DNA from: an uncultured Gemmatimonadales bacterium
GTDB taxonomy: Bacteria > Gemmatimonadota > Gemmatimonadetes > Gemmatimonadales > Gemmatimonadaceae
Assembly (NCBI GenBank): GCA_963850905.1
Contig: CAWKMU010000003.1
Coordinates: forward strand, 1,280,001 to 1,344,000
Length of the DNA: 64,000 nt
Direction: 5' to 3'
The translations under genes were made by a program, and so were the position numbers. The notes under the pieces were generated by a model. That model did no database searches and was not told where the DNA came from. It saw only the letters and a program-made list of their open reading frames with translations. Of the stretch, positions 9,283 through 18,934 are shown one piece after another. Positions within the stretch are counted from its first letter, which is position 1. Every line of letters starts with the position of its first letter.

Positions 9283-10191
9283 CTACCGCGGGTAGCCGCC
9301 AGTCAGCACATCGATGAACGATGCCGGCCGACGAGCATCGCCGTGCTCGAGGCGGTCGAGCACTTGCTCCAGCGCCAGCTGGGCGCGTTCCACCGTGTGA
9401 CGATGCGTCCGGGCAACGGCCGCAAAGGCAGCGACGCCGAGGGTAGCCGGCACCGCCCCGACAACGATGGCGGGCGCGAGCGGCGCCAGCGCAATTACGG
9501 TGAGGAATCCAGTGAGCAACCCCCCCAAGGCCACTCCGCCGACCGCGACGGCGGCGCCACCCTGCAGGCGTTGAGCCCGCGCGCTCGAGACGTCTGCGTC
9601 GAGTCGTACGAGTGTGCGCGTGTCATCTACGGGCACGGCGGTGGCGCCCACTTCGCGAGCGCGGAGGAGATCGTACATGTGTCCGGACGATGGGGCCAAC
9701 CGCCGAAACGTCGCCCAGAAGTCTCGTCGCGGTTCCCAGGTCATCCGCACGCCGTATCGACGCTTCACCGTGAGGCATTCGTCGCGCAGCATCATCTGGT
9801 TGAGGGTCGACAACAGCTGCGCCGGTGTTCCAATGACAGTGCGGTGCGCAGACGCCATGCTGGCGCCCGCCATCTGAGCGACGATGCCGTGCTCCGTCGG
9901 TACCGCGACCCGCGTTCGCTCCTCGGCCAGCGCCTGGCGCAGGTGCCCGGGCGACAGGCCGACTTCGCGGCCGATGTCGAGGAGCTGCTGCTCCGTCAGA
10001 CCGTCGGTCGGCTCGCTATCATCGCCCGCCGCCGCTTGCAATTCCGCGGCGCGCGCGAGCACGCGCTCCAGCGCCGGGCGGTCGATCGGCGCTCGGTCGA
10101 TTGATCGGGTGACGGCCGTGCCGTCACCGCCGCGCGCGTCGATCACCGATGGCAGCAGCGCTGGCGGGGCAGTGTCGGACGGGTCAGGCAT
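9283..10191 (-). CDS. Hypothetical membrane protein
   Basis: RVLARAAELQ…IGREVGLSP helical N-domain, two C-terminal TM helices, co-directional with neighbours. Confidence 0.7.
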   Translation of the reverse strand: MPDPSDTAPPALLPSVIDARGGDGTAVTRSIDRAPIDRPALERVLARAAELQAAAGDDSEPTDGLTEQQLLDIGREVGLSPGHLRQALAEERTRVAVPTEHGIVAQMAGASMASAHRTVIGTPAQLLSTLNQMMLRDECLTVKRRYGVRMTWEPRRDFWATFRRLAPSSGHMYDLLRAREVGATAVPVDDTRTLVRLDADVSSARAQRLQGGAAVAVGGVALGGLLTGFLTVIALAPLAPAIVVGAVPATLGVAAFAAVARTHRHTVERAQLALEQVLDRLEHGDARRPASFIDVLTGGYPR

Positions 10192-10251
10192 CGACTGGGA
10201 AATCTAACGGCCAGGTGACCGGGTCCTGGAGCTACAGGGGCCTTTTCGCCC

Positions 10252-10452
10252 TCATCCTTCCCCTTTTCGCCCGCAGGTCGGGCAGAACTTCCACCCGACT
10301 TCCAACTCTGCGCTGCAGGCTGGACACTGCCGCACGGTCAGGTTCTGACCGCAGTGCGGACAAAACGTTATGGCGCGATCCGACGGGAATAGCCCGCCGC
10401 AATACCGACATCCGCTGGTGGCGGCGGGTGGCGCAACACGGGGCTCCGTCAA
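10252..10452 (-). CDS. Double zinc-ribbon small protein
   Basis: Four CxxC pairs (CRYC, CPHC, CPAC, CPTC); TTG at 10452 lies just after the upstream stop. Confidence 0.7.
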   Translation of the reverse strand: MTEPRVAPPAATSGCRYCGGLFPSDRAITFCPHCGQNLTVRQCPACSAELEVGWKFCPTCGRKGEG

Positions 10453-10454
10453 GG

Positions 10455-10634
10455 CTAGTGCCGCTCGATATCGTCGAGCTGCTTGTCGGCGTCCGAATTC
10501 ATCGACCCGTGATTCGCATTTTGGATGTGCTCGACGAAGCGCGTGACGATCATCTTGTCGTGCGTCCGCGCATCGCGAAAGCCCATTGCGTAGCCAATGC
10601 TGATGCTGACGACGAGGAGCAGAAGATAGCGCAT
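10455..10634 (-). CDS. Small protein with N-terminal TM/signal segment
   Basis: MRYLLLLVVSISIGYAMGFRDAR…, 59 aa, fills the gap in a minus-strand run. Confidence 0.6.
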   Translation of the reverse strand: MRYLLLLVVSISIGYAMGFRDARTHDKMIVTRFVEHIQNANHGSMNSDADKQLDDIERH

Positions 10635-10677
10635 GTGTCGAAAGGGTTGGGGACCACTCTCGACGCACCGTTGAGCG

Positions 10678-11346
10678 TCACGGTAACGCGGCGCCCGGAT
10701 CGGGAAGCCTGCGAGCCGCAACGAAGGAGACCTCATCCGGAAACCCGTCCGGCGACCGGTCCGAGGGACTCCGCGCGCGCGATGCACGGTCGGCGAGCCA
10801 GGTGTCGAATTCCGACGGGACCAGCCCGCCGGAGGTGTCCTGCGCTGCCGCTGCGCGCGTCGCGAGATGGTTGGCGTACTCGTTCTGCGGATGTCCGCGA
10901 TGGCCGCGCACCCAGCGCCATTCGTATTGGTGTGGGCGGCTGCGCAGGACCGCGATCGCCTCGCGCCAGAGGGCCAGATTCTCGATGGCGCCGCCTTTGC
11001 GTGTCCAGCCGCGCTGCGCCCAACCGTGGACCCAGTCCGTAAGCCCATCGACCAGATAGCGCGAGTCGCTCGTGAAGACGATGCTCAACGCCGACGGCTT
11101 GGTCGAGACAGCGCGCACACCCTCGATCACCGACCGAAGTGCCATGCGATTGTTGGTCGTGGCTGGCTCTGACACCCAATAGTCGCGTCGCACAATCTCG
11201 CCGGTGCTCGGGCGCCGATACTCGACCAAGCCGCCGGCACCCCCCGGATTATCGCCCTCTCGGCCATTCCCAAGACACGATTCGTCGGCGTAAATGGCGA
11301 GCAACGGGAACGATGCACCCCGCGTCTGCCGAGCTGTTGGGGTCAC
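10678..11346 (-). CDS. rnhA: Ribonuclease HI
   Basis: IYADESCLGN, TTNNRMAL, TSDSRY, IENLALW, WVRGHRGHPQNEYA. Confidence 0.92.
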   Translation of the reverse strand: MTPTARQTRGASFPLLAIYADESCLGNGREGDNPGGAGGLVEYRRPSTGEIVRRDYWVSEPATTNNRMALRSVIEGVRAVSTKPSALSIVFTSDSRYLVDGLTDWVHGWAQRGWTRKGGAIENLALWREAIAVLRSRPHQYEWRWVRGHRGHPQNEYANHLATRAAAAQDTSGGLVPSEFDTWLADRASRARSPSDRSPDGFPDEVSFVAARRLPDPGAALP

Positions 11347-11576
11347 GCGCCTAACGATCGATTGACAGGCTCGACCGTATCGAGCTCGTCGAGGAAGATG
11401 GTGAGTTCATCGCCTGTCGACGGATGCCGAGCGTCCAGGGCTTCGCGGCCGGCGACGACTCGGAGCCGCTCGGGCATCACGACGAGTTCCATGCCGCGGC
11501 GGACGATGGCGATCCGACCGCCGCCGACGATAGCGTGTTCTAGAACGTCGTACTGTGCCGGGCTCAAAGGGGGCAT
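11343..11576 (-). CDS. Small hypothetical protein
   Basis: 77 aa MPPLSPAQYDVLEHAI…, stop overlaps the rnhA start. Confidence 0.6.
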   Translation of the reverse strand: MPPLSPAQYDVLEHAIVGGGRIAIVRRGMELVVMPERLRVVAGREALDARHPSTGDELTIFLDELDTVEPVNRSLGA

Positions 11577-11676
11577 GTGGGGGGCAAACGTCGGGGTACA
11601 GTATAGTGTCCTGATGACCGCTCGTCTCGCGACGCTCCAGATCTCCGGCGGGTGACCGGATGGTCGATAGCGGGTT

Positions 11677-11711
11677 CCCTGGCCCCTGGTCTCTGACCCC
11701 TTACCCCGCTG
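11677..11711. repeat. Degenerate heptamer tandem repeat (CCCTGGC-like, 5 copies)
   Basis: ccctggc ccctggt ctctgac cccttac cccgctg; similar to the reverse complement of 6473-6511. Confidence 0.55.
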
Positions 11712-11732
11712 TTTGCCTCGACGGCACGGCTG

Positions 11733-13358
11733 TTGCCGCCTGAGCATGTTATGGATGACGTCGCCGCGTCGATCCGTGCTCTCGCGGAGGCTCGGGCCCG
11801 CGCACATCGCGATACCCGTGATGCGCCACAAGACGTGGCGTCGCGCCACGCCGCGGACGCGCCGCCCGGGGCAGTTCCGGTCGTATTGGTGTCGAATCGG
11901 GAGCCATACGAGCACGTCCGGACCGCCGACGGCGTCGACGTCCGACGGCCGCCCGGGGGGCTCGTTTCCGCGCTCGACCCCACGGTGCGGCGCACGCACG
12001 GCGTGTGGGTCGCCTGGGGGTCGGGCACCGCCGATCGCGAAACGGCGGACGCCCACGGGCGACTCCCCGCACCTCCGCCGCCCGCGAGGCCGTCGTACGT
12101 GCTGCGCCGGGTGTGGCTCGATGACGCGGACGTGGACGGATACTACCTGGGCTTCGCTAACAGTGTGCTGTGGCCGCTCTGCCATCTCTTGATTCATCAC
12201 CTACAGTTCCGCGATGAGGAGTGGTCGCGATACCAGACGGTCAACGAGCGCTTCGCCGCGGCGGCCCGTGAGGAAGTTGTGCGCCTCGAGCGTTCGGGGC
12301 GAGGCGAGCCGGTCGTCTGGATCCACGACTATCACCTCGCGCTCGTGGCTGCCGCGTTGCGGCACGCTGCACCCGGGATTTTCATTCACCAGTTCTGGCA
12401 CATCCCGTTCCCGCCACCGGAGATACTGCATCTCCTGCCATACGGCGTCGTGGAGTCGCTGTTGCGCGGCATGTTGGGTAACGACCTGCTGGAGTTCCAC
12501 ACCGAACGACACGCGGTCAACTTCATCGAGGGTGCCTCGCAGCTACTGCCCGGCGCGACTGCGGATCGCGATGCGCTCGCCATCCACTATGGGGGCCGCA
12601 CCACCTCGGTTGGAGCCTTTCCCATCAGTATCGACGTGCATCGGTTCGAGACACTCGCGTCGTCGGAGGCCGCCACGGCCCGCGCCGCTGCCTTGCGACG
12701 CCGATTCGCGCCCGCCGGACGGCAGCTCGGCGTCAGCGTGGACCGCGTCGACTACACCAAGGGGATCCCCGAGCGCCTGCGCGCGCTCGATGTCTTGTGG
12801 GATCAGTCGCCCGAGCTTCGGGGACGCCTCACGGTGCTGATCGTCGCCGTACCGTCGCGCACCGTGTTGCGGCCGTATCAGACCCTCGAGCGCGAGATCC
12901 TGGAGAGCGTCGACTCGCTCAACGCCCGGTACGGCACACCGGACTGGACGCCGATCGTGTTCTTCAACGAGGCGGTGCCGCCCGGTGAGCTGGCTGCGAT
13001 CTACCGCGCGGCGGATCTGTGCTTGATCTCATCGATTCAGGATGGCATGAACCTCGTTGCCAAGGAGTTCATCGCCTGCCAGATCGATCAGCGAGGTGTC
13101 CTCGTCCTCAGCCGGTTTACTGGCGCTGCGCAAGAGATCGACGGTGCCGTATTGGTGAACCCGTTCAACGTGGACGGATTCGCGGCCGGTATTCGGACGG
13201 CGATCGAAATGGCACCGGCCGAACGTGCGCGGCGGATGCGTTTGATGCGCGAGCACCTGCGTCACGCAACGGTCTTCGACTGGCTCGATGCTGTGACGGC
13301 TCGTGTGAACGCCATGTCGGGTCGTGTCCCACTCGCTGACGCCCCGATTCGCGAATGA
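11733..13358 (+). CDS. otsA: Trehalose-6-phosphate synthase (GT20)
   Basis: VSNREP, GGLVSAL, WIHDYHL, FWHIPFP, DRVDYTKG, DGMNLVAKEF; start may be ATG 11751. Confidence 0.93.
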   Translation: MPPEHVMDDVAASIRALAEARARAHRDTRDAPQDVASRHAADAPPGAVPVVLVSNREPYEHVRTADGVDVRRPPGGLVSALDPTVRRTHGVWVAWGSGTADRETADAHGRLPAPPPPARPSYVLRRVWLDDADVDGYYLGFANSVLWPLCHLLIHHLQFRDEEWSRYQTVNERFAAAAREEVVRLERSGRGEPVVWIHDYHLALVAAALRHAAPGIFIHQFWHIPFPPPEILHLLPYGVVESLLRGMLGNDLLEFHTERHAVNFIEGASQLLPGATADRDALAIHYGGRTTSVGAFPISIDVHRFETLASSEAATARAAALRRRFAPAGRQLGVSVDRVDYTKGIPERLRALDVLWDQSPELRGRLTVLIVAVPSRTVLRPYQTLEREILESVDSLNARYGTPDWTPIVFFNEAVPPGELAAIYRAADLCLISSIQDGMNLVAKEFIACQIDQRGVLVLSRFTGAAQEIDGAVLVNPFNVDGFAAGIRTAIEMAPAERARRMRLMREHLRHATVFDWLDAVTARVNAMSGRVPLADAPIRE

Positions 13359-15559
13359 CCGCGGAACTGTTTACCCCGCCCTGCCCGCCGCAAGCCGCGG
13401 CCGAGGTGAGTGGTCAGCCGCGTACGCCGACAGGCCGATACGCGCCGATCTCGGATTATGGCATGATCGGGGACCTGCACACCGCGGCACTCGTCAGCCG
13501 CAGTGGGTCCATCGATTGGTACTGTCCTCGATCGTTCGACAGTCCCTCCGTGTTCGCCGCCATTCTCGACGGAGCGCGTGGCGGATACATGTCGGTCCAG
13601 CCGACGTCGCCGTATACGGTCGAGCAGTGCTACGTCCGTTCCACGGCGATCCTCGTCACGAGGTTCCGTACGGCGGCGGGGGTCGTGGACGTGACCGACT
13701 TCATGCCAATTGTCAGTGGACGGCGGACGTTCGCGGAGATCCATCGACGGGTGATGTGTGTGAGCGGCGCGGTCGAAGTCGAGGTGGTCTTCGCGCCACG
13801 CTTCGACTATGGCGCGTGCCCGACCTATGTGCACCCGCGCCGCCACGGACTGCTCGCCACGGATGCCGAGGATCAGGTGCTCACGGTCGCCACCGCGCCC
13901 GACATCTGGTGGACGGTGGAGGGCGGCATCGCGCGTGCGAAACTCAAGCTCAGCTCGACACCGAGCGAGCATCGCGTCGACGGTCTTGGCGAGCCGCTGC
14001 CAGCTGGTGATAGCGGCGAGGACCGGAGGAGCACTCGCCCGTGGGGCTGGGCCGCTCTCGCAACGCGCGCGCTTGGCGCTAGTGAGCACGCCAAGGCCGC
14101 TGATGTGCCAGCTGAACCCGGGCTGACGGAACCGATCGGGCTTGGCCGAACGGTGGCCCGCGCGGGACATGCGGTGAGACGACTGACCGGCGCGGTCGCC
14201 CGTCTTGCCACGCCACGAAGCGTCCCTCGGAATCGCACGGCATCACTCGATCCGCTCGCCGCCGACAGCGCCAGCTCGATCTGGATCGTCATCCGATACG
14301 ACGACGATGAGGTCCGTCCGCTCGCGACCTACGAGTCTGACAGGAAACTCGCAGACACCCTTGCCTTCTGGGACACGTGGGTCGGGCAGGTGCAGTACAG
14401 CGGTCCGTATCAGGACGCGGTCACGCGGTCCGCCGTGACGTTGAAGCTGATGTGCTATGAGCCCACCGGCGCGATCGTGGCCGCTCCGACGACGTCGCTT
14501 CCCGAGCAGATTGGCGGCGTTCGGAACTGGGACTACCGTCTGTCGTGGATCCGAGACTCGGCGTTCGTGCTGTACTCCCTGAGTATTCTTGGGCACTCGA
14601 CCGAAGCCGATCGGTTCATGGAATTCCTGAAGCGGGTCGCGCGCCGGACGACCGACACACACTTGCAGGTCATGTACGGTCTCGATGGGCGGCGCGAGTT
14701 GCCGGAGCAAACGCTTCCGCATCTGGAGGGCTATCGAGGCTCTCGTCCCGTGCGCGTCGGGAACGCCGCGTACGATCAACTCCAGCTCGATGTGTACGGC
14801 GAGTTGCTCGAGACGGCCTATCTGTGGAGTCGAACGCGCGTTGTCACGGAGGGGACGTGGGTGACGCTCGAGCGCCTCGTCAACTGGGTCGCCGATCATT
14901 GGCAGCAGCCAGACAGCGGCATCTGGGAGGTCCGCGCGGGGCTGCAGCACTACGTCCTCAGCAAGGTCATGTGCTGGGTGGCGCTCGATCGCGGGATCCG
15001 GATGGCGCGCGAGTTTTCACTGACGGCGCAGCTGGATCGATGGGAGGCCGAGCGCGCCGCCGTCCATGCCGATGTGCTGGCGCGGGGCTTCAACGAGGCG
15101 AAAGGCAGTTTTGTACAGCACTACGGCACGGACGCCCTCGATGCATCCAATCTCGTCATTCCGATGGTCGGGTTCCTCCCGCACAGCGATCCACGCGTCG
15201 TCGGGACCGTGCAAGCCACACTACGCGAGTTGACCGACGCCAGACAGGAGTTTGTGTACCGCTATCGAAACGACGACGGGATCGCGGGGGAAGAAGGGGT
15301 GTTCTCGATCTGCACCTTCTGGCTGGCCGAGGCCCTGGCGTTGTGCGGGGACCGAGAGCGCGCGAAAGCCATTTTCGAACGCATGCTCCGTCAGGCCAAC
15401 CACGTCGGGCTCTACAGTGAGGAGCTCGATCCGGAAACCGGCGACTTCCTCGGCAACTTCCCGCAAGCGTTCACGCACATTGCGCTGATCAACTGTGCGC
15501 ACGTGCTGGAAAGGACCGGAGAGACGGTTGACGCTGAAAGGCGAGACGCTGGACGCTAG
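13355..15559 (+). CDS. Glycoside hydrolase family 15 (trehalase/glucoamylase-like)
   Basis: IGDLHTAALV, AAPTTSLPE, RNWDYR, QLDVYGE, GIWEVR, LYSEE…GNFPQAFTH. Confidence 0.93.
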   Translation: MTAELFTPPCPPQAAAEVSGQPRTPTGRYAPISDYGMIGDLHTAALVSRSGSIDWYCPRSFDSPSVFAAILDGARGGYMSVQPTSPYTVEQCYVRSTAILVTRFRTAAGVVDVTDFMPIVSGRRTFAEIHRRVMCVSGAVEVEVVFAPRFDYGACPTYVHPRRHGLLATDAEDQVLTVATAPDIWWTVEGGIARAKLKLSSTPSEHRVDGLGEPLPAGDSGEDRRSTRPWGWAALATRALGASEHAKAADVPAEPGLTEPIGLGRTVARAGHAVRRLTGAVARLATPRSVPRNRTASLDPLAADSASSIWIVIRYDDDEVRPLATYESDRKLADTLAFWDTWVGQVQYSGPYQDAVTRSAVTLKLMCYEPTGAIVAAPTTSLPEQIGGVRNWDYRLSWIRDSAFVLYSLSILGHSTEADRFMEFLKRVARRTTDTHLQVMYGLDGRRELPEQTLPHLEGYRGSRPVRVGNAAYDQLQLDVYGELLETAYLWSRTRVVTEGTWVTLERLVNWVADHWQQPDSGIWEVRAGLQHYVLSKVMCWVALDRGIRMAREFSLTAQLDRWEAERAAVHADVLARGFNEAKGSFVQHYGTDALDASNLVIPMVGFLPHSDPRVVGTVQATLRELTDARQEFVYRYRNDDGIAGEEGVFSICTFWLAEALALCGDRERAKAIFERMLRQANHVGLYSEELDPETGDFLGNFPQAFTHIALINCAHVLERTGETVDAERRDAGR

Positions 15560-15636
15560 ACGCTGGAAGAGACACCCCGAAAGCCGGCCGCGGTGCGCCC
15601 AGCCCACCTCGAGGTTTGCCTCTAGCGTCCAGCCTC
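15530..15636. repeat. Heptamer-armed palindromic element (GACGCTR arms)
   Basis: gacgctg gacgcta gacgctg … cctcgaggtttgcctc tagcgtc cagcctc; contains the stop codons of both convergent genes. Confidence 0.7.
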
Positions 15637-16752
15637 TCGCTGTTGAAATCCCCCCCATCCGTGCGCGCGCACCAGGGTTCCATGCTCATCGAGCCGCGGC
15701 GGTGGAAATCGCACGTGCCCGGGGACGGATGGGGCGACGCCGGTAAGGGGCGATGCGTCGGTGTCGCTCAAGGCCTCGCGCACGGTGCGCACCACGCCAC
15801 ATGGTACTTGAGCGTCGGTGAGGTCTGCGACCCAGTCGGCGGCAGTCCGATGTCGCACGCGGTCGGCGATCGCCGCGACGACGCGCTCGCGCGCGCGGAC
15901 GCGGCCGGCGTTGGTGCCGAGAGTCGGGTCGCCGGCGAGTGTCGGGAGATCGAGCACGCCCGCACAGGCGAGCCATTGAGCGTCAGTTCCCACGGCGATC
16001 GCAATCGGGCGATCGGCGGCATCGAATAGCTGATAGGGGACGAGGTTGGGGTGGGCGTTCCCCCAACGTCTGGCGTCCTCACGGCTGACCAACACGTTCT
16101 GGGCAACGTTGACGAGTGCGGCTGTCGCGCTCTGTGCCAGCGAGATCGAGAGGTGGCGCGCCTCTGGACTCAGCTCCACGCGGTCGCGGGCGAGGAGCGC
16201 TGCGAGCACCGCCACGGCGGCATCCTTGCCGGCGACCACATCCGCGAGCGCCACTCCGACCTTGGATGGCGTTCCGGCTGGCTCCCCCGTGATGGCCATC
16301 CAGCCCTGCTCGGCTTGAACGACGAAGTCGTACGCAATGCGTCGGCTCGTCGAACCGAAGCCCGAGATGGTGCACCAGACGAGGCGCGGGTATCGGGCGA
16401 GGAGTGTCCGAGCCTCGAGGTTGCGGTGCTCGAGCATATGAGGCCGAAAGTTGTCGACGACGACGTCGGCGCCTTCGACGAGCTTGCGGATCAGCGCTTG
16501 CCCCTCCAAGCTGTCGAGGTCGGCCGCAACGCTCCACTTGTTTCGATTGACGCTCAGAAAGTAGGCGCTCTGACCCGAGTCATCGAACGGCGGACCCCAC
16601 GTGCGACTGTCGTCTCCTGAACCCGGCCGCTCAATCTTGATGACGTCTGCCCCGAGGTCGCCGAGAAGCATTGTGCACAGCGGCCCGGCCAACACGCGCG
16701 TCAGGTCGAGGACTTTGACACCAGTGAGGTAATGATGACGCAATAGTGTCAT
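15622..16752 (-). CDS. CaiB/BaiF class III CoA-transferase
   Basis: LDLTRVLAGP, LGADVIKIE, NRNK, DNFRP, ISGFG. Confidence 0.93.
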   Translation of the reverse strand: MTLLRHHYLTGVKVLDLTRVLAGPLCTMLLGDLGADVIKIERPGSGDDSRTWGPPFDDSGQSAYFLSVNRNKWSVAADLDSLEGQALIRKLVEGADVVVDNFRPHMLEHRNLEARTLLARYPRLVWCTISGFGSTSRRIAYDFVVQAEQGWMAITGEPAGTPSKVGVALADVVAGKDAAVAVLAALLARDRVELSPEARHLSISLAQSATAALVNVAQNVLVSREDARRWGNAHPNLVPYQLFDAADRPIAIAVGTDAQWLACAGVLDLPTLAGDPTLGTNAGRVRARERVVAAIADRVRHRTAADWVADLTDAQVPCGVVRTVREALSDTDASPLTGVAPSVPGHVRFPPPRLDEHGTLVRAHGWGGFQQREAGR

Positions 16753-17002
16753 AATAATGTCGTTACTTTCCGGTTAGATTGGTGCGGCGCCGCGGGCTGG
16801 GGACGCGTCGAATATGCCTTGCATAGATGATGAAAAATCATATACTTACCGCCGCGCGCGACCGCACAGAACGGCGGGGCGAGTCGCGTCACAGATCCGG
16901 TACCTTACGCTGCGCTCGTGAAGCCTTCAATACATTACTATCGGGGGCCTGAAAGACCGGCGGGCCACCCCCGCGACCGAGGGCGGACGGAGCACGCACC
17001 CT

Positions 17003-17665
17003 ATGGCGGATAAAGTGCAAATCACCACCGAGGTACGACCGGCCACGGACGGGTCGCCACCGGCGGCGCCGACGCCCCCCAAGCGGAGTCCGGGGCATCG
17101 CGGGGCCGACGTTCGCGACACCGTGGCTGAGATGGCGGCCAAGGCCGCTGAAATCAGTCAGGAAGCCGGCAGCAAAATGGCTGCGGCCATGAAGGACGTC
17201 ATCAGCGCGGCCGCGGGGCTGTCCGGGTTCGCGATCGAGAGCGCCAGGGACCTGGTCCAGTACATGGTCCGCCGGGGCCAAATGACGCAAGAAGAGGCGG
17301 ATAAGCTCATTCGCGAAGCCGAGGCTGCCGACGCCAAGCGGAACCCGCACCCCGTGCCTCCGCCGTCGCGCGTCCCCAAGCCGCCGCCGCCACCACCGGC
17401 TGAGCGAACGGAAGCCTTGTTGAGCACGGCTTTTGGGGTGCCGCGCCCGACTCCGGTTGGCGTGCCTCGAGCGCAGGAGCCGGCGTTGGTGGCGGCGCCT
17501 GCTGACCGGCCCCGACCGGCCGCCCCCGTGCGGCCCGAGGCCCAGCGGGTATCGGCGCCGGTCAAGAAGGTTGTTGCCAAGCCGAAGAAGAAGGCAACTG
17601 CGCCGGCCAAGCCAAAGGCAGCGGCCACCAAGAGCCCGAAGAAAAAGGCCGCGGCAAAGCGCTAA
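17003..17665 (+). CDS. Phasin/PhaF-like protein with Lys/Ala/Pro-rich histone-H1-like tail
   Basis: LVQYMVRRGQMTQEEADKL resembles granule-associated proteins; PVKKVVAKPKKK…KKKAAAKR tail. Confidence 0.6.
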   Translation: MADKVQITTEVRPATDGSPPAAPTPPKRSPGHRGADVRDTVAEMAAKAAEISQEAGSKMAAAMKDVISAAAGLSGFAIESARDLVQYMVRRGQMTQEEADKLIREAEAADAKRNPHPVPPPSRVPKPPPPPPAERTEALLSTAFGVPRPTPVGVPRAQEPALVAAPADRPRPAAPVRPEAQRVSAPVKKVVAKPKKKATAPAKPKAAATKSPKKKAAAKR

Positions 17666-17785
17666 CGCGTCGTCGTTGTTACCTCCCGCGCTGGGGATCG
17701 TCTGGCGGACGTGACTGTCGCGCTTCGATACTCCGGTGCTGCAGCGGGTCTATACACCGGGCGGGGAACGGGTTATGGTAGCGCC

Positions 17786-18352
17786 GTGAAAACGACGGTG
17801 ACCGAAGTCCAGGCTGACCAAGTCGAAGCCGATCAGCTGATCATAGCGAGAGTCCTGGCGGGCCACCGCGAGGACTTCTCGCTTCTGATCGGCCGCTACA
17901 GCGACGCCCTCTACCGACACGCCCTCGGTATGACGGGAAGCCCCGATGTTGCGGAAGACATCCTCCAAATGTCCTTTATCAAAGCCTACCAACACCTCGC
18001 GGAGGTGCGGGGACGCTTTGATGCTTGGGTGTTCCGCATTGTGGCCAATGGATGCAAGGATTGGCTCAAGAACATCCGGCGCACGCACCTCAGCTACGAC
18101 GAGGATGATCAACCGTCAGGATATGCAACTCCTGAAGAAGACCTCGACCGTACCGAGTTGCGTGGCGATCTCGACCGTGCTCTCGCAGCGCTTGCTCCTA
18201 GCTTACGGGAAGCATTCGTGATGAAGCATGTGGAGGGGCGCTCGTACGAAGAGATGGCTGATTTGCTTGGTACAACTGTGGGGGCCCTGAAAATGCGCGT
18301 TCATCGCGCACGCGAGGCGCTCCAAGTTCTTCTAGAGGAGAAATACGCCTGA
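17786..18352 (+). CDS. ECF sigma-70 factor
   Basis: AEDILQ…FDAWVFRIVAN region 2; EGRSYEEMADLLGTTVGALKMRVHRAR region 4; start uncertain (17711-17786). Confidence 0.92.
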   Translation: MKTTVTEVQADQVEADQLIIARVLAGHREDFSLLIGRYSDALYRHALGMTGSPDVAEDILQMSFIKAYQHLAEVRGRFDAWVFRIVANGCKDWLKNIRRTHLSYDEDDQPSGYATPEEDLDRTELRGDLDRALAALAPSLREAFVMKHVEGRSYEEMADLLGTTVGALKMRVHRAREALQVLLEEKYA

Positions 18353-18804
18353 TGCATGACGACCTGACTGCGCGCGAGGGGCGTGACGAGACACCCCGTT
18401 CCCGCGTGCCTGAGCCGACAAAGGCTGGAGCCCTTGGCCCACAGCGGACCAGCGACGGGTCGCGGATGGCCGATCGCGAGGTCCCCATCGAGCTGACGCG
18501 GACGCCCGATCTCGTCCACGCCTGGTTGGATGGCGAGATTCCGGAATCGAGTGTCCGCGGCGCTGAGGCTGTGCGCCACGTCGAATTCTGGAAGCGCGTG
18601 GATAACGACCTCGAAGTGAAGCGGCAGATGCACGCACCCGTGGACATGACCGAGCGGATCATGGCGGCGCTGCCGGAGACGACACCCAGCCTGGTGTCGC
18701 CCTGGTGGAACCGGCCGGTCGAGATGAATCCGCTTGCGGTCGCTGCGGCTGCGGCTGGACTGCTGGCCCTTGGGACTGCCTTGGGTGCGTCGCTGAGGAG
18801 ATAA
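18352..18804 (+). CDS. Putative membrane-anchored anti-sigma factor
   Basis: Coupled to the sigma stop; VHAWLDGE motif; single C-terminal TM helix. Confidence 0.65.
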   Translation: MHDDLTAREGRDETPRSRVPEPTKAGALGPQRTSDGSRMADREVPIELTRTPDLVHAWLDGEIPESSVRGAEAVRHVEFWKRVDNDLEVKRQMHAPVDMTERIMAALPETTPSLVSPWWNRPVEMNPLAVAAAAAGLLALGTALGASLRR

Positions 18805-18934
18805 CGGGGGGGCTGGGGTTTGGGGTGTGGGGTCTGGGGTAACGGCAAAAACACAGAGGGCCAGTTGCGACGCTCGCGACTGGCCCTCGTGGTTTGTTGC
18901 GCTTACCCCAAACCCCGCATCCCGGACCCGCCTC
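18805..18934. repeat. Heptamer-armed palindromic element (TGGGGTN arms)
   Basis: tggggtt tggggtg tggggtc tggggta … gagggccagt/actggccctc core … ttaccccaaacccc; between convergent genes. Confidence 0.85.
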
